Origin: an uncultured delta proteobacterium
GTDB lineage: Bacteria; Desulfobacterota; Binatia; UBA9968
Assembly (NCBI GenBank): GCA_963727625.1
Contig: CAVSHR010000007.1
Coordinates: forward strand, 64,001 to 128,000
Length of the DNA stretch: 64,000 bases
Reading direction: 5' to 3'
The position numbers and the translations under genes are program-made. The notes below the pieces were generated by a model. The model was not told where the DNA came from. It saw only the letters and a list, made by a program, of their open reading frames with translations, and made no database searches. Shown in pieces: positions 33,701-44,465 of this stretch. The number at the start of each line of letters is the position of its first letter. Positions within the stretch are counted from its first letter, which is position 1.

Positions 33701-33921
33701 GCCTCGACATGCGCATCCGCTATCGAGGCCATTCGCTCGACCTGCGGCTCACGCGCGACTCGCTCAGGGTGCGCGGGCGTGATGGCGCGGCGGCGCCGAT
33801 TTCGTTGTGCGTCGACGACAAGGTCTACGAATTCGTCAGCGGCACCACCCGCGTGTTTCGATTGAATGATGAGCCAACAGATGGCGTAATTGTCGAAAAG
33901 AACCCGGCCGACGGACGCTAA
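30706..33921 (+). CDS. Beta-phosphoglucomutase-type HAD fused to a GH65 disaccharide phosphorylase
   Basis: FDLDGV, KPAPD, VEDA (HAD). LGNGYFATRG, GHIFWDE, GPDEFH, KQADV (GH65). Start at ATG 30706 after AGGAGG. Confidence 0.9.
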   Translation: MVIVITLSPRDYDAVLFDLDGVLTRTASVHAAAWKKLFDGFLEKRAAEAGEPFVPFDIDADYLRYVDGKPRYDGVAAFIESRGIELPLGAAEDGPEVQSVRALGNLKDEFFQQQLKLHGVELYEASIALVRKLRAQEIKTAVVSSSNNCAAVLDAAGIARLFDTRVDGTDVTRLELKGKPAPDAFLEAARRLGVEPARAVVVEDAIAGVEAGRAGRFGCVIGVDRRGRSSALRDAGADIVVTDMGQVEVAEEPPSAWSMVFEDFDPAREGIREALCTLGNGYFATRGAAAGAVADDLHYPGTYLGCGYNRLRTDIAGRVVENEDLVNFPNWVALGLRIADQDWFDARNVKLLSYRQELDLRHDMLLRHISFEDVHGRRSTLRERRLVSMADMHISALEVSLTADNWSAGVTVRSAIDGRVVNAGARLYRKFNNKHLEPLAGEVVGEDGVYSLVRTCQSNLHVAQAARTRAFLDGELVDVRRRVIEEPGYIGQELRVDLKQGETLVLEKLASFYTSRDHAISECGLEARKAIARAGRFDAVMADHVFAWKHLWRRFDVHILPADPGFKLNVSMLLRLNMFHLMQAVSPNSIGLDIGVPARGWTGEAYQGHIFWDELFIFPFFNYRMPEITRSLLMYRYRRLGEARAAAVAAGFKGAMFPWQSGSDGQEETQAFNLNPRSQRWVPDNSYLQRHVGSAVAYNVWQYFQATRDLEFLHSYGAELILDIARFWSSIASFNDQRGRYEIHGVMGPDEFHDGYADSPAPGLNNNAYTNVMAVWVLCRALEVLEQLSELRRAEIATQLDLPAEEIARWEDISRRMFVPFHDGIITQFEGYEKLRELDWEDYRTRYENIQRLDLILEGENDSANRYKLSKQADVLMLFYLFSAEELRELFERLDYPFEYETIPKNVAYYAARSSHGSTLSRVVYAWVLARSDRPGSMNFFAEALQSDTSDIQRGTTAEGVHLGAMAGSVDLMQRVSTGIEVRGDVLRLNPELPQEMKRLDMRIRYRGHSLDLRLTRDSLRVRGRDGAAAPISLCVDDKVYEFVSGTTRVFRLNDEPTDGVIVEKNPADGR

Positions 33922-33987
33922 GAACATCTTGAGCGCCCAGGTGACCGCGCTCTCGGCGTTGGCTGAAAACATAAGGAGAATTGAACC

Positions 33988-36348
33988 ATGAACACGAAAA
34001 CTCTTACCCCCGAGCTGCTCGACAAGATGGATGCCTACTGGCGCGCCGCCAACTATCTGTCGGCCGGGCAGATTTTTCTCTACGACAATCCGCTGCTGAA
34101 GCGGCCGCTGACGCTCGCGGATGTGAAGCACATGCTGCTCGGACACTGGGGCACGACCCCAGGGCAGAACTTCATTTACATGCACCTGAACCGGGTCATC
34201 AAGAAATACGACCTCGACATGATTTATGTCTCCGGTCCCGGGCACGGCGGTCCAGCCGTCGTGGGCAACACATACTTGGAAGGCACCTACAGCGAGATCT
34301 ATCCCGACATCAGCCAGGATGAGGCCGGGCTGCAAAAGCTTTTCAAGCAGTTTTCGTTTCCCGGAGGCATTCCGAGCCACGCATCGCCGGAATGCCCGGG
34401 CTCGATCCACGAAGGCGGCGAACTGGGCTACTCGCTCAGCCATTCGTTCGGAGCGGTGTTCGACAATCCCGATCTGATCGTCGCCTGCGTTGTCGGCGAC
34501 GGCGAGGCGGAGACGGGTCCGCTGGCCACCGCGTGGCATTCGAACAAGTTCCTCGATCCGGCCACCGACGGCGCGGTGCTGCCGATCCTGCATCTCAACG
34601 GCTACAAGATTGCCAACCCGACCGTTCTGGCCCGCATCGAGCATGAGGAATTGGAACAGTTGCTGCGCGGCTACGGCTGGACGCCCTACTTCGTCGAGGG
34701 GCACGAGCCCGCGCTGATGCACGAGGCCATGGCCGCGACGCTCGACACGGCGGTGGAGCAGATCAAGAAAATCCAGCAGGACGCGCGCGTCCACGGCGAC
34801 TTCGCGCGGCCGCGCTGGCCGATGATCGTCCTCAATTCGCCCAAAGGCTGGACGGGGCCGAAAGTGGTCGATGGCCTGCAGGTCGAGGGCACCTTCCGGG
34901 CGCACCAGGTGCCGCTTCACCCTAGGGCTCAGCCCGAACACCTCAAGCTGCTGGAAGACTGGCTCAAGGGCTACCGGCCGGAGGAACTCTTCGATGAGCA
35001 GGGTCGCCTGAAACCGGAACTGGCTGAACTAGCGCCCAAGGGCGAACGACGGATGGGGGCGAATCCGCACGCCAACGGCGGCATGCTGCTGCGCGACCTG
35101 CGGATGCCGGATTTCCGCGACTACGCGATCGAAGTGCCCACGCCGGGCATACGCGGCATCGGCGACACGCATGTGTTGGGAAAATTTCTGCGCGACGTCA
35201 CGAAGCTGAACAGCGAACAGCGGAATTTCCGGGTCTTCGGCCCTGACGAGACGCTCTCCAACGGCCTGGAAGCGCTTTTTGAAGCGACCCAACGCCAATG
35301 GGACGCTGCGACCGTGCCGAACGACGAATTCCTCGCGCCCAGTGGGCGCGTGATGGAAATGCTCAGCGAGCACCAATGCGAGGGCTGGCTCGAGGGCTAC
35401 CTGCTCACCGGGCGCCATGGGCTGTTCAACTGCTACGAAGCGTTCATCCATATCATCGATTCGATGTTCAACCAGCACGCCAAGTGGCTGAAAGTCACCG
35501 CGCATCTGCCGTGGCGGCGCAAGATCGCCTCGCTCAACTACCTGCTGGCGTCCCATGTCTGGCGCCAGGATCACAACGGCTTCACCCACCAGGACCCCGG
35601 TTTCATCGACCATGTCGTGAACAAGAAGGCCGAGGTGGTGCGAGTTTATTTTCCGCCGGATGCCAACTGCCTGCTCTCGGTGATGGACCACTGCCTGCGC
35701 AGCCGCCACTACGTCAACGTCGTGGTCGCAGGCAAACACCCGGCGCCGCAGTGGCTGACGATGGACGCCGCCGTCAAGCACTGCACCGAGGGCATCGGCA
35801 TCTGGCGGTGGGCCAGCAACGACCAGGCCGTTGCACCCGACGTGGTCATGGCCTGCTGCGGCGACGTGCCTACGCTGGAGACGCTCGCCGCCGTCTCCAT
35901 CCTGCGCGAGCATCTGCCCGAACTGAAGATCCGCGTAGTCAACGTTGTCGACCTCATGAAGCTGCAGCCGCCAAGCGAACACCCGCACGGGTTGAGCGAC
36001 ATGGATTTCGACGAGCTCTTCACCAAGGACAAGCCGGTGATCTTCGCCTACCATGCCTACCCGTGGTTGATCCACCGGCTGACCTACCGGCGCACCAACC
36101 ACGACAACATTCACGTCCGCGGCTACAAGGAAGAGGGTACCATCACGACGCCCTTCGACATGACGGTGCTGAACGATCTGGACCGCTTCCACCTTGTGAT
36201 GGACACCATCGACCGCCTGCCGCAGACCGGCGACAAGGGCATCTACCTGAAGCAGCAGCTCAAGGACAAGCTCATCGAGCACAAGCAATACATCGACAAG
36301 CACGGCCAAGACATGCCGGAAATTCGGAATTGGAAATGGAAAGGATGA
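33988..36348 (+). CDS. xfp: Phosphoketolase
   Basis: [43 protein letters not shown]. Confidence 0.96.
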   Translation: MNTKTLTPELLDKMDAYWRAANYLSAGQIFLYDNPLLKRPLTLADVKHMLLGHWGTTPGQNFIYMHLNRVIKKYDLDMIYVSGPGHGGPAVVGNTYLEGTYSEIYPDISQDEAGLQKLFKQFSFPGGIPSHASPECPGSIHEGGELGYSLSHSFGAVFDNPDLIVACVVGDGEAETGPLATAWHSNKFLDPATDGAVLPILHLNGYKIANPTVLARIEHEELEQLLRGYGWTPYFVEGHEPALMHEAMAATLDTAVEQIKKIQQDARVHGDFARPRWPMIVLNSPKGWTGPKVVDGLQVEGTFRAHQVPLHPRAQPEHLKLLEDWLKGYRPEELFDEQGRLKPELAELAPKGERRMGANPHANGGMLLRDLRMPDFRDYAIEVPTPGIRGIGDTHVLGKFLRDVTKLNSEQRNFRVFGPDETLSNGLEALFEATQRQWDAATVPNDEFLAPSGRVMEMLSEHQCEGWLEGYLLTGRHGLFNCYEAFIHIIDSMFNQHAKWLKVTAHLPWRRKIASLNYLLASHVWRQDHNGFTHQDPGFIDHVVNKKAEVVRVYFPPDANCLLSVMDHCLRSRHYVNVVVAGKHPAPQWLTMDAAVKHCTEGIGIWRWASNDQAVAPDVVMACCGDVPTLETLAAVSILREHLPELKIRVVNVVDLMKLQPPSEHPHGLSDMDFDELFTKDKPVIFAYHAYPWLIHRLTYRRTNHDNIHVRGYKEEGTITTPFDMTVLNDLDRFHLVMDTIDRLPQTGDKGIYLKQQLKDKLIEHKQYIDKHGQDMPEIRNWKWKG

Positions 36349-36355
36349 CGCCCCG

Positions 36356-36652
36356 ATGGCGCTGCGATTGATCGAGATGGTGTTGCAGGAGAAGGACGGC
36401 GCGGAAGTTCGCGAGCTTCTCAAGGAACACAAGGTGCTCGCACACCGGCAGCTTCGATTACCGGACGGGGAAGTGCGGGTGCGTATTTTGTTGGACGCGG
36501 AACAGAGCGAGGCGGTGCTGGATTTGTTGGAGAAAGAGTACGCCGGTGGGGAGGGCAACCGGGTGGTGATTCTGCCTGTCGAAGCGACATTGCCGCGCGC
36601 CGGGCCGGACCCGGCCGTTGTCACCATCCCGCTGAACCAACCAGAGAAATAA
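36356..36652 (+). pseudogene. N-terminal fragment of a TIGR00341-like membrane protein
   Basis: MALRLIEMVL...RVVILPVEATLPR recalled as this family's N-terminus. The TM part is missing. Confidence 0.5.
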
Positions 36653-36662
36653 CGCCGAACGC

Positions 36663-38450
36663 ATGGACGTTTCCGGAACAGCCGAGCTTGCGGCGCGCGC
36701 GGCCGATGTCGTGTTGGAGTTGCGCGGCGTGCATAAACAGTTCGTTGTGGGCGGGCGAGCCGTCCAAGCTCTCGGCAATGTCAGCCTCGCCGTGCGACGG
36801 GGCCGCGTCACGGGATTGATCGGTCCAGATGGTGCCGGTAAGACGACGTTGATGCGACTGGCGGTCGGACTGCTGGCGCCCGACGACGGCCGGATCATGA
36901 CGCTCGGTTTCGACGCCACTCGTGAGTCGCTCGCGGTACAGGAGCGCGTTGGCTATATGCCGCAACGGTTTGGTCTCTACGAAGATTTGTCCGTTCAGGA
37001 AAATCTCGATCTCTATGCCGATTTGCAAGGCATGCCATACGCCGATCGTGCCGCACGATACGAAGCATTGATGCACATGACCGGCCTGGCTCGGTTCACC
37101 ACGCGCCTCGCTGGACGGTTGTCGGGCGGAATGAAACAAAAACTCGGACTCGCCTGTACGCTCGTGCGCCCGCCGGAATTATTGTTGCTTGACGAGCCGA
37201 CGGTTGGGGTTGATCCCGTCTCGCGGCGCGAACTGTGGCAGATTGTTTATAGACTCGTGCAACAAGGAGGCATGAACGTGCTGTTGAGCACCGCCTACCT
37301 CGATGAAGCGGAGCGCTGTGATGAAGTGATTCTGATGCACGACGGCGAAGTGTTGGGGTACGGTCCGCCGAAAGAATTCCGCGAACGATCGCGCGGGAGG
37401 ACGTACATGGTGACCGCGCCCGCCGCGAACAAGCGTGCGTTGCAGGAATCGCTCACGAATGGGCCTGGTGTGGTCGACGCGCTCATTCAGGGCGATCACG
37501 TCCGGTTGGTTATGGACAGCGATGTCCGCCCCGAGGCCGCGAGCTTGTTGCCGGGACAAGAAGACATTTCGATCCGGCCGGTACCGCCCCGGCTGGAGGA
37601 CAGCTTCGTGGTGATGCTGCGCAAGCGGCGTTCGGACGGCGCTGTCACTGAGCCGCCAAAAACAACGGCCAGAGACCCGGTGCGCTCTCACAACGGCGAT
37701 GGCCCGGTCATTGAGGTCAACGACGCGAAGCGCCGGTTCGGTGATTTCTATGCGGTCAAGGGCGTGACGTTTCAAGTGAACCGCGGTGAGGTTTTCGGGT
37801 TGCTGGGCGCAAACGGCGCGGGCAAGTCCACGACGTTTCGGATGTTGTGCGGTTTGCTGCCGGCCACCGAAGGCAGTCTGCGCGTGGCCGGGCTGGACTT
37901 GCGGCGCGCGGCAGCGGCGGCGCGGGCACGGGTTGGTTACATGTCGCAGAAGTTCTCGCTCTACGGCAATCTCAGTGTAGGCGAGAACCTGCGCTTCTTC
38001 AGCAACGCCTATAATCTGTCGGGACCACGTCAGCGCGAACGCATGGACTGGGCGCTGACCCAATTCGAACTCGCCCGGCTGACCGACGTCACAAGTCTCG
38101 ACCTGCCGCTGGGCCACAAGCAGCGGCTGGCAATGGCTTGCGCGCTGATGCACGAGCCCGAGATTCTGTTTCTCGATGAACCGACCTCGGGCGTTGATCC
38201 GCTGGCGCGGCGCGAATTCTGGCGACGGATCAACGCCCTCGCCGAGCAACGCGTAACGGTAATGGTCACCACGCATTTCATGGAGGAGGCCGAGTATTGC
38301 GACCGGCTGGCAATCATGGCCGATGGTGAAATCCTCACGATCGGCACGCCTGAAGCGATCAAACAACGTCAGCGCACCACCGAGCAACCGGAGCCGACGA
38401 TGGAAGACGCATTTATCGCGCTGATCGAAGGCAAAGGACCAACCGGATGA
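36663..38450 (+). CDS. ABC ATPase with two NBDs (YbhF-like)
   Basis: GPDGAGKT/LSGGMKQKL/LDEPT and GANGAGKS/LPLGHKQRL/LDEPT. Confidence 0.92.
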   Translation: MDVSGTAELAARAADVVLELRGVHKQFVVGGRAVQALGNVSLAVRRGRVTGLIGPDGAGKTTLMRLAVGLLAPDDGRIMTLGFDATRESLAVQERVGYMPQRFGLYEDLSVQENLDLYADLQGMPYADRAARYEALMHMTGLARFTTRLAGRLSGGMKQKLGLACTLVRPPELLLLDEPTVGVDPVSRRELWQIVYRLVQQGGMNVLLSTAYLDEAERCDEVILMHDGEVLGYGPPKEFRERSRGRTYMVTAPAANKRALQESLTNGPGVVDALIQGDHVRLVMDSDVRPEAASLLPGQEDISIRPVPPRLEDSFVVMLRKRRSDGAVTEPPKTTARDPVRSHNGDGPVIEVNDAKRRFGDFYAVKGVTFQVNRGEVFGLLGANGAGKSTTFRMLCGLLPATEGSLRVAGLDLRRAAAAARARVGYMSQKFSLYGNLSVGENLRFFSNAYNLSGPRQRERMDWALTQFELARLTDVTSLDLPLGHKQRLAMACALMHEPEILFLDEPTSGVDPLARREFWRRINALAEQRVTVMVTTHFMEEAEYCDRLAIMADGEILTIGTPEAIKQRQRTTEQPEPTMEDAFIALIEGKGPTG

Positions 38451-39596
38451 AGCCGCCACACGAACGACTATCGCGGGGCGGAGGTCGAATGCGGTTGCGC
38501 GGTTTGCTCCGCAAGGAGTTCCTCCAGATCCTGCGCGACCCGAGCAGTCTCGCCATCGCATTTCTATTGCCGGTCGTGCTCCTGCTGATTTTCGGGTATG
38601 GCGTGTCGCTCGACGCCGAACATGTGCCGATCGCGCTGGTCGTGGAACAACCCGGCGCCGACACCGCCAGCTTTACCGGAGGCTTCCAGCAGTCCCGCTA
38701 CTTCGCACCGATCTTAATGCGCAATCTCAACGAGGCCGAGGCGAGCACTCCGGGAGCGTCGCGTGGACGCCATCGTTCACCTGCGCGCGGATTTTGCCCG
38801 CCGGCTCCACCAACCGGGCGGGGCCCCGATCCAAGTGATCGTCAACGGCGTGGAAGCCAACAGCGCGCGGCTCGTGTTGGGTTACGTACAGGGCGCGTGG
38901 CAGAAATGGCTGGAGAAAGAGGCTCTCGCGCGGGGCGAGATTTTGAGCGTGCCAGTGCAGCTGGAGCAACGGGTTTGGTTCAACAGCGAGTTGCGCAGCC
39001 GCAATTTTCTCGTGCCCGGCCTGATCGCGATCATCATGACGCTGATCGGCGCGCTGCTGACGGCGCTGGTGATGGCGCGCGAATGGGAACGCGGCACGAT
39101 GGAGGCGCTGATGGTGACCCCGGTGACCATGCGCGAGGTGTTGCTGGGCAAGGTGCTGCCGTACTTCGCGCTGGGCACGGGCGGCATGGCGTTGTCGGTG
39201 GCCATGGGCGTGTGGTTATTCGGTGTGCCGTTGCGCGGGTCGCTGGGGCTGCTGTTTGCGGCTTCGTCGCTATTTTTGCTGGCGGCGCTGGGAATGGGCC
39301 TGCTGATTTCCACCGTGACGAAGAACCAGTTTGTCGCCGGCCAGGTTGCGATCGTCACGACCTTCCTGCCGGCCTTCATTTTGTCGGGGTTCATCTTTGA
39401 CATCGGCAGCATGCCGCGCGTCGTTCAAGGGATCACCTACTTGTTGGCCGCGCGGTATTTCGTGGCGATTTTGCAGACGTTGTTTCTCGCCGGTAACGTG
39501 TGGTTGGTGCTCCTGCCCAACGCGCTGGCCTTGGTGTTGATGGCGGCATTTTTCCTCGGCGTGAGCCGGCGCAAGCTGCGGAAACGGCTGGAATAA
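38447..39596 (+). CDS. ABC-2 permease (YbhS-like), frameshift near 38745
   Basis: KEFLQILRD...FGYG in one frame, then WFNSELRSRNFLVPG, AREWERGTME in the next. Confidence 0.88.
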
Positions 39597-39605
39597 GACA
39601 CGACC

Positions 39606-40715
39606 ATGTGGCGACGAATTCGGGCTTTGATGACGAAGGAGTTCCTGGCGCTGCTCAAGGATAAGCGGAGCCGGATCGTGGTGTTCGTGCCGCCGATCCT
39701 CCAGTTGCTGGTGTTTGGCTACGCGGCCACGTTCGACCTTAACCGCATCCCTCTGGCGGTGTACGACGAGGATCACAGCCAGGCGTCGCGGGATCTGGTG
39801 GCGCGGTTTGAAGGCTCGCCGAACTTCCAACAGGTCGCGGTGATTTCGCACGATGAGCAAATCGCGCCGCTGGTGGACGCCCGAAAAGCGCTGTTGGTGC
39901 TGCGCATCAGCCCGCAGTTCAGCCGTGAACTGCTCGGCGGACGGTCCGGTCCCGTGCAAGTAATCGTCGATGGCCGCAACTCCAACACCGCCGCGATCTT
40001 GCTCAGCTACGTCAACTCCATCATCGCGTCATTCAATGCAGACTGGCTTCAGCGCACGGGGGGTGCGGCGGCGCAAGCGCGCTTGGAAACACGGGCGTGG
40101 TTCAACCCTAATCTGGTGAGCCGCTGGTTCATCGTGCCCGGCATCGTGGGACTGCTGACGCTGGTGGTCACCACGCTGGTCACGGCGCTCTCGGTGGCCC
40201 GTGAACGCGAGCAGGGCACGTTCGATCAGTTGCTGGTCACGGCGTTCCGGCCCGTGGAGATCCTGATCGGCAAGGCGCTGCCGGGATTCATCATCGGCTT
40301 CGCCGAGGCCACGGTGATCATCCTGATCGCGACCCTCTGGTTTGAGGTGCCGTTGCGCGGCAGTGTGCTGACGCTGTACGTAGGGCTGTTCTTCTTCCTG
40401 CTCTCGACGGTGGGGATGGGGCTGATGATCTCGTCGCTCTCGGTCTCTCAACAACAAGGCCTGCTGGGTGCGTTTCTCTTCGTCGTGCCGTCGATCATTC
40501 TTTCCGGCTTCGCTACGCCGATTGCCAACATGCCATACTGGATGCAGCAACTCACGTTGCTCAATCCCATGCGCTATTTCCTGATCATCTTGCGCGGCGT
40601 GTTCTTGCAGGGCACGCCGTTCCATCTGCTGGTCAGCCAATTTTGGCCCATGGCGATCATCGGCTTGGCTAACTTGGCGCTGGCAGGATGGTTGTTCCGA
40701 GCTCGCCTGCATTGA
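39606..40715 (+). CDS. ABC-2 permease (YbhR-like)
   Basis: KEFLALLKD, WFNPNL, AREREQGTFDQ. Confidence 0.92.
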   Translation: MWRRIRALMTKEFLALLKDKRSRIVVFVPPILQLLVFGYAATFDLNRIPLAVYDEDHSQASRDLVARFEGSPNFQQVAVISHDEQIAPLVDARKALLVLRISPQFSRELLGGRSGPVQVIVDGRNSNTAAILLSYVNSIIASFNADWLQRTGGAAAQARLETRAWFNPNLVSRWFIVPGIVGLLTLVVTTLVTALSVAREREQGTFDQLLVTAFRPVEILIGKALPGFIIGFAEATVIILIATLWFEVPLRGSVLTLYVGLFFFLLSTVGMGLMISSLSVSQQQGLLGAFLFVVPSIILSGFATPIANMPYWMQQLTLLNPMRYFLIILRGVFLQGTPFHLLVSQFWPMAIIGLANLALAGWLFRARLH

Positions 40716-40837
40716 AGTTTTCGTAAAGAATCGACACTTCTGTTGATTGCAGGCTGCTAGCCCAACTTTCTCAACTCGGATCGAAATAAGATTTTTTTGC
40801 GGGTCTGGGCGCGAGAAAGATTCGTGATTTCAAGGGG

Positions 40838-41065
40838 TGTAGATGCTAAGACTAAATCTGACAGGCATGATAAAGTCCTCGTAATCCAAGAGGCAGCCAA
40901 GGGCTGCAGAAAGGAAGCGAGGCGAGATGACCGCAGCAGACAAGGTAATCAAGACCAAGGTCGGGGTACTGGAGCTCGGCAAGCAGTTGGGCAACATGTC
41001 CAAGGCCGGCCGGATCATGGGCTACAGTCGAGACAGTTTTTATCGGCTCAAAGAACTCAACGAGA
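40838..41065 (+). mobile_element. IS481-family left end and transposase N-terminal fragment
   Basis: TGT-initiated end at 40838 and KVGVLELGKQLGNMSKAGRIMGYSRDSFYR HTH from 40927. Confidence 0.7.
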
Positions 41066-41089
41066 TAAAATTTAACAACCCCCAAACCT

Positions 41090-41350
41090 TTCTTTGTCGC
41101 CTTTATGGCCTACTGCCTGCACGTCACGCTCAAGGCGCGATTACGGCCGCTAGCCGCTGGACGGACGCCTCGGGCGGTGCTCGATAAGTTTGCCACCATG
41201 CAGATGTTGAACGTCAAATTTCCCGCCACCGATGGCCGCACTCTGATCCTTAGCCGTTACACCGAGCCAGACACTGATCACAAGCTTCTGTTAGAACAGC
41301 TCAAACTCATCTTGCCGCCCCAACCGCCACCCCGAATCACTGGCGGCGGC
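41090..41350 (+). mobile_element. IS1634-like transposase C-terminal fragment
   Basis: FMAYCLHVTL...TPRAVLDKF...TDGRTLILSRYTEP...[10 protein letters not shown]. Confidence 0.7.
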
Positions 41351-41366
41351 CAACGGGTGCACTCTC

Positions 41367-41528
41367 GTGATGGACACCATCGACCGCCTGCCGCAGACCG
41401 GCGACAAGGGCATCTACCTGAAGCAGCAGCTCAAGGACAAGCTCATCGAGCACAAGCAATACATCGACAAGCACGGCCAGGACATGCCGGAGATCCGAAA
41501 TTGGCGATGGAAGGGATCAACCGCATGA
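41367..41528 (+). repeat. Duplicate of the xfp 3' end
   Basis: ~113 nt identical to 36196-36308, then a diverged tail. Confidence 0.92.
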
Positions 41529-41774
41529 CCGCCGCACCACTGCAGAAGCCGTTGCGCGCAAGTTCGGTCTGGACCGTATCGACGCCGAATTGTTGCCCGA
41601 GAGAAAGGGTGCGTGGGCGGTGCTACCCGAGGCGTGGCCTGGCGGCACCTCTTTGGGGCTGGATTAGGTTTCACGGTGGCGCTGTTTATCGCCCGGCGGG
41701 TGTTTGCGGACAAACGCTTGCCAGTGGAAATGACCTTCGTGCGCTCTCTCACACCCACACTTTTAGGCTGATCC

Positions 41775-43124
41775 ATGAATAAGTTAAGACAACTCTGGAG
41801 CGATTTGCGGTCGAGCTTTTGGTTTTTGCCTTTTCTGATCGTCCTGATCAGCATTGTTTACGCGGTAGTGTGGACCCAAACAGACTATTATGCTGGGGGT
41901 GACCGATGGCTGGCCCGGTGGCCACGGATATTTGGGGTCGGGGCGGAAGGCGCGCGCGCTATGTTGTCCACGCTTGCCGCTTCGATGATGTCCGTTATGG
42001 GCATCACGTTCTCCATGACCCTGCTGGCATTGGCGCTGGCGTCGAGCCAATACACCTCGCGCATCTTGCGCAACTTCATGCGCAGCCGTGTCACGCAGGT
42101 CACGCTGGGAACCTTTGCCGGAATTTTCGTCTATTGTTTGATCGTGTTGCACACTATTCGCACTGGCGATGCGCCATTCGTGCCCAGCCTGGCGGTGTTT
42201 TTCGCATTTGTTCTGGCGTTTGGCGGCATTGCCGTCCTCATTTTTTTTATTCATCACATCGCCTCGTCGATCCAGGCTTCCAACATCATCGCCTCGGTCG
42301 CTCAGGAGACCGACGCCTCCATTGATCGGCTGCTGCCAAAAATACTGGATCAGGGGCCCGATGAAGATGAAGGCCGGAACCAGGTACTCGAGCCACTGGA
42401 TGAGAGGACCTGGTATCCAGTGCCGGCCGCCGTGAGCGGCTACATACAGAGCGTGAATATTGATGCCCTCCTGGGCTTGGCGCGGGACAGGAAGACCGTC
42501 GTGCGGATGGAACGCGGCATCGGCGCGTTCGTTGTGCAGAATACCGCTTTGGCATCGCTCGCCCTGACGTACCCGCCGGATCAAGATATGAATGCTGCCC
42601 TGAATGGGGCTTACAGCATCAGCCGCCATCGCACGATTGAGCAGGACCCCGCTTTCGGTATCAGGCAGATCGTCGATATGGCCCTCAAGGCACTTTCGCC
42701 CGGGATCAATGACACCTCGACGGCGGTGATGTGCGTGGATTACTTGACAGAGATTCTGGCTCGGCTGGCTTGTCGGCAATTCCCGCCATCGCGCCGTTAC
42801 GAGGGTGAAACACTGCGTGTGATCGCCATAGTCCCGACCTTTGAAGGTGGGTTGGCCGAGGCGTTCGATCAGATTCGGGGTAGCGCCGCAGGCAATGTCG
42901 CCATTATGGCGCGTATGCTCGGCGCCATTGATACCCTTGCCAGTCTCACGGTCAGCCCGAGCCACTTACGAGCACTCGACGAACAGGTGCAGTGTATTGC
43001 CGAGCTGGCCGATCGCACCATCCAATCCATCCATGATCGCGCGCGGATTGAAAGGCGGCTGTCAGGGGTGCGCGAAACGCTGGAAGCTCGGTCTGCGTTG
43101 TGCGTGGGGGAAGAGAGAGTATAG
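41775..43124 (+). CDS. Predicted membrane protein (DUF2254-like)
   Basis: SFWFLP, ASSQYTSR, SGYIQ, QDPAFGIRQIVD, ALSPGINDTSTA. Confidence 0.8.
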   Translation: MNKLRQLWSDLRSSFWFLPFLIVLISIVYAVVWTQTDYYAGGDRWLARWPRIFGVGAEGARAMLSTLAASMMSVMGITFSMTLLALALASSQYTSRILRNFMRSRVTQVTLGTFAGIFVYCLIVLHTIRTGDAPFVPSLAVFFAFVLAFGGIAVLIFFIHHIASSIQASNIIASVAQETDASIDRLLPKILDQGPDEDEGRNQVLEPLDERTWYPVPAAVSGYIQSVNIDALLGLARDRKTVVRMERGIGAFVVQNTALASLALTYPPDQDMNAALNGAYSISRHRTIEQDPAFGIRQIVDMALKALSPGINDTSTAVMCVDYLTEILARLACRQFPPSRRYEGETLRVIAIVPTFEGGLAEAFDQIRGSAAGNVAIMARMLGAIDTLASLTVSPSHLRALDEQVQCIAELADRTIQSIHDRARIERRLSGVRETLEARSALCVGEERV

Positions 43125-43307
43125 GGTTATGAAACCGAACCCGGAAATGGCACGCAAAGCCGGTTTAGCGAATTGCGGCGTGGTCGTCTCGGTGCGCGGC
43201 AGTGGCGTGGCACGTGCGATGCCGCCGTGGAGAGGATCGCTAGCGAGAGTGCGCCGCATGGCGGATCATCACCAAAGGCTTCGTGATGTACACAATGGAA
43301 ACCGAAC

Positions 43308-44087
43308 ATGTGTAATAAATTCGTCGTCGGCAACTGGAAGATGTATACCACTGCAGCCGAGGCAAGACGGCTGGCCAAGGCGGTCGTGGATGGCGTGAGC
43401 AACGAGGAGCGCGCATCGGTCGCTATCTGTCCGCCTTTCCCCTATCTCGCTCTTGTCGGTGAGATTCTCAAGGGCAGCCGTGTCGCGCTCGGGGCGCAGA
43501 ACCTCTTTCCCGAGAAGGAAGGCGCGTTCACCGGCGAGGTCAGCCCGACGATGCTCCTCGATCTCGGCTGCAAGTACGTTATCCTCGGACACAGCGAGCG
43601 CCGTCACAAGCTGGGCGAATCCGATACGTTCATAAACCAAAAGGTACGGGTTGCCCTGGCCGCCGGCCTCGACGTGATCTTCTGCATCGGCGAGACTCTG
43701 GACCAACGTGAGGCCGACCAGACCGAAGCGGTGCTCGACCGGCAACTCATCCAGGGATTGGCCGACCTGTCGGCGGATACCTTGACCCGCCTGAGCATCG
43801 CGTACGAACCGGTCTGGGCAATCGGTAGCCTCGGACACCACGCCACCCCTCAGCAGGCTCAGGAGGCGCACGCCGTCATTCGGCGCCGCTTCGGTCAGAT
43901 GTTCGATGAGAAATCGGCTCAGACGCTTGCCATACAGTACGGCGGCAGCGTCAAGCCGGAGAACGCTGCCGCGCTGCTTAGCCAGCACGGTGTGGACGGC
44001 GCCCTCATCGGCGGCGCCAGCCTACATGCCGACCAGTTTCTGGCCATCGTCCGGGCCGGGATTCAAACCGAAGGAGACTCAGCATGA
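43308..44087 (+). CDS. tpiA: Triosephosphate isomerase
   Basis: GNWKM, GHSERR, AYEPVWAIG, YGGSV, GGAS. Confidence 0.96.
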   Translation: MCNKFVVGNWKMYTTAAEARRLAKAVVDGVSNEERASVAICPPFPYLALVGEILKGSRVALGAQNLFPEKEGAFTGEVSPTMLLDLGCKYVILGHSERRHKLGESDTFINQKVRVALAAGLDVIFCIGETLDQREADQTEAVLDRQLIQGLADLSADTLTRLSIAYEPVWAIGSLGHHATPQQAQEAHAVIRRRFGQMFDEKSAQTLAIQYGGSVKPENAAALLSQHGVDGALIGGASLHADQFLAIVRAGIQTEGDSA

Positions 44088-44243
44088 CAGCAATCGCATC
44101 ACTCACCACAAGCCCAAGCATTACATCGACAAGCACGGTGAGGACAATCCGGAAATGCGTAATTGGAAATGGCTGAACACCATGAATAACCACGAAGCAA
44201 ATCCCCCGAGATCATTAGAGATAAAAGAGAAAGCAGAAAACCA

Positions 44244-44465
44244 ATGACTAAGCTTGGGCACGATCATCAGCACAGCAGCGAACCGGATCGAGACGGAGGT
44301 CATGTTAAACCCCCTTACTGGAAGCGGGCGCATCATGACTGGCGTTTCTTGGTTGGCGTGTTTTTTATGTTTGCGGCGATCATTATTTACGTCATGAGCG
44401 AGGACTTGGCTTGGCGGCCGCGCAGCCAACGGCAACAGCCGCAGTCAGAGGTCGGCGGAAAATAG
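44244..44465 (+). CDS. Small single-pass membrane protein
   Basis: PYWKRAHHDWRF followed by one TM helix. AG-rich RBS. Confidence 0.6.
   Translation: MTKLGHDHQHSSEPDRDGGHVKPPYWKRAHHDWRFLVGVFFMFAAIIIYVMSEDLAWRPRSQRQQPQSEVGGK

Noticed and set aside
30694-36627. Long antisense ORFs (438, 492, 532 aa; likewise 37179-38561 and 49040-50287)
   Set aside because: They are shadows of high-GC sense genes with clear motifs and have no recognisable motifs of their own.
41105-41782. 225-aa novel protein
   Set aside because: Chance read-through of an IS fragment into the out-of-frame xfp duplicate.
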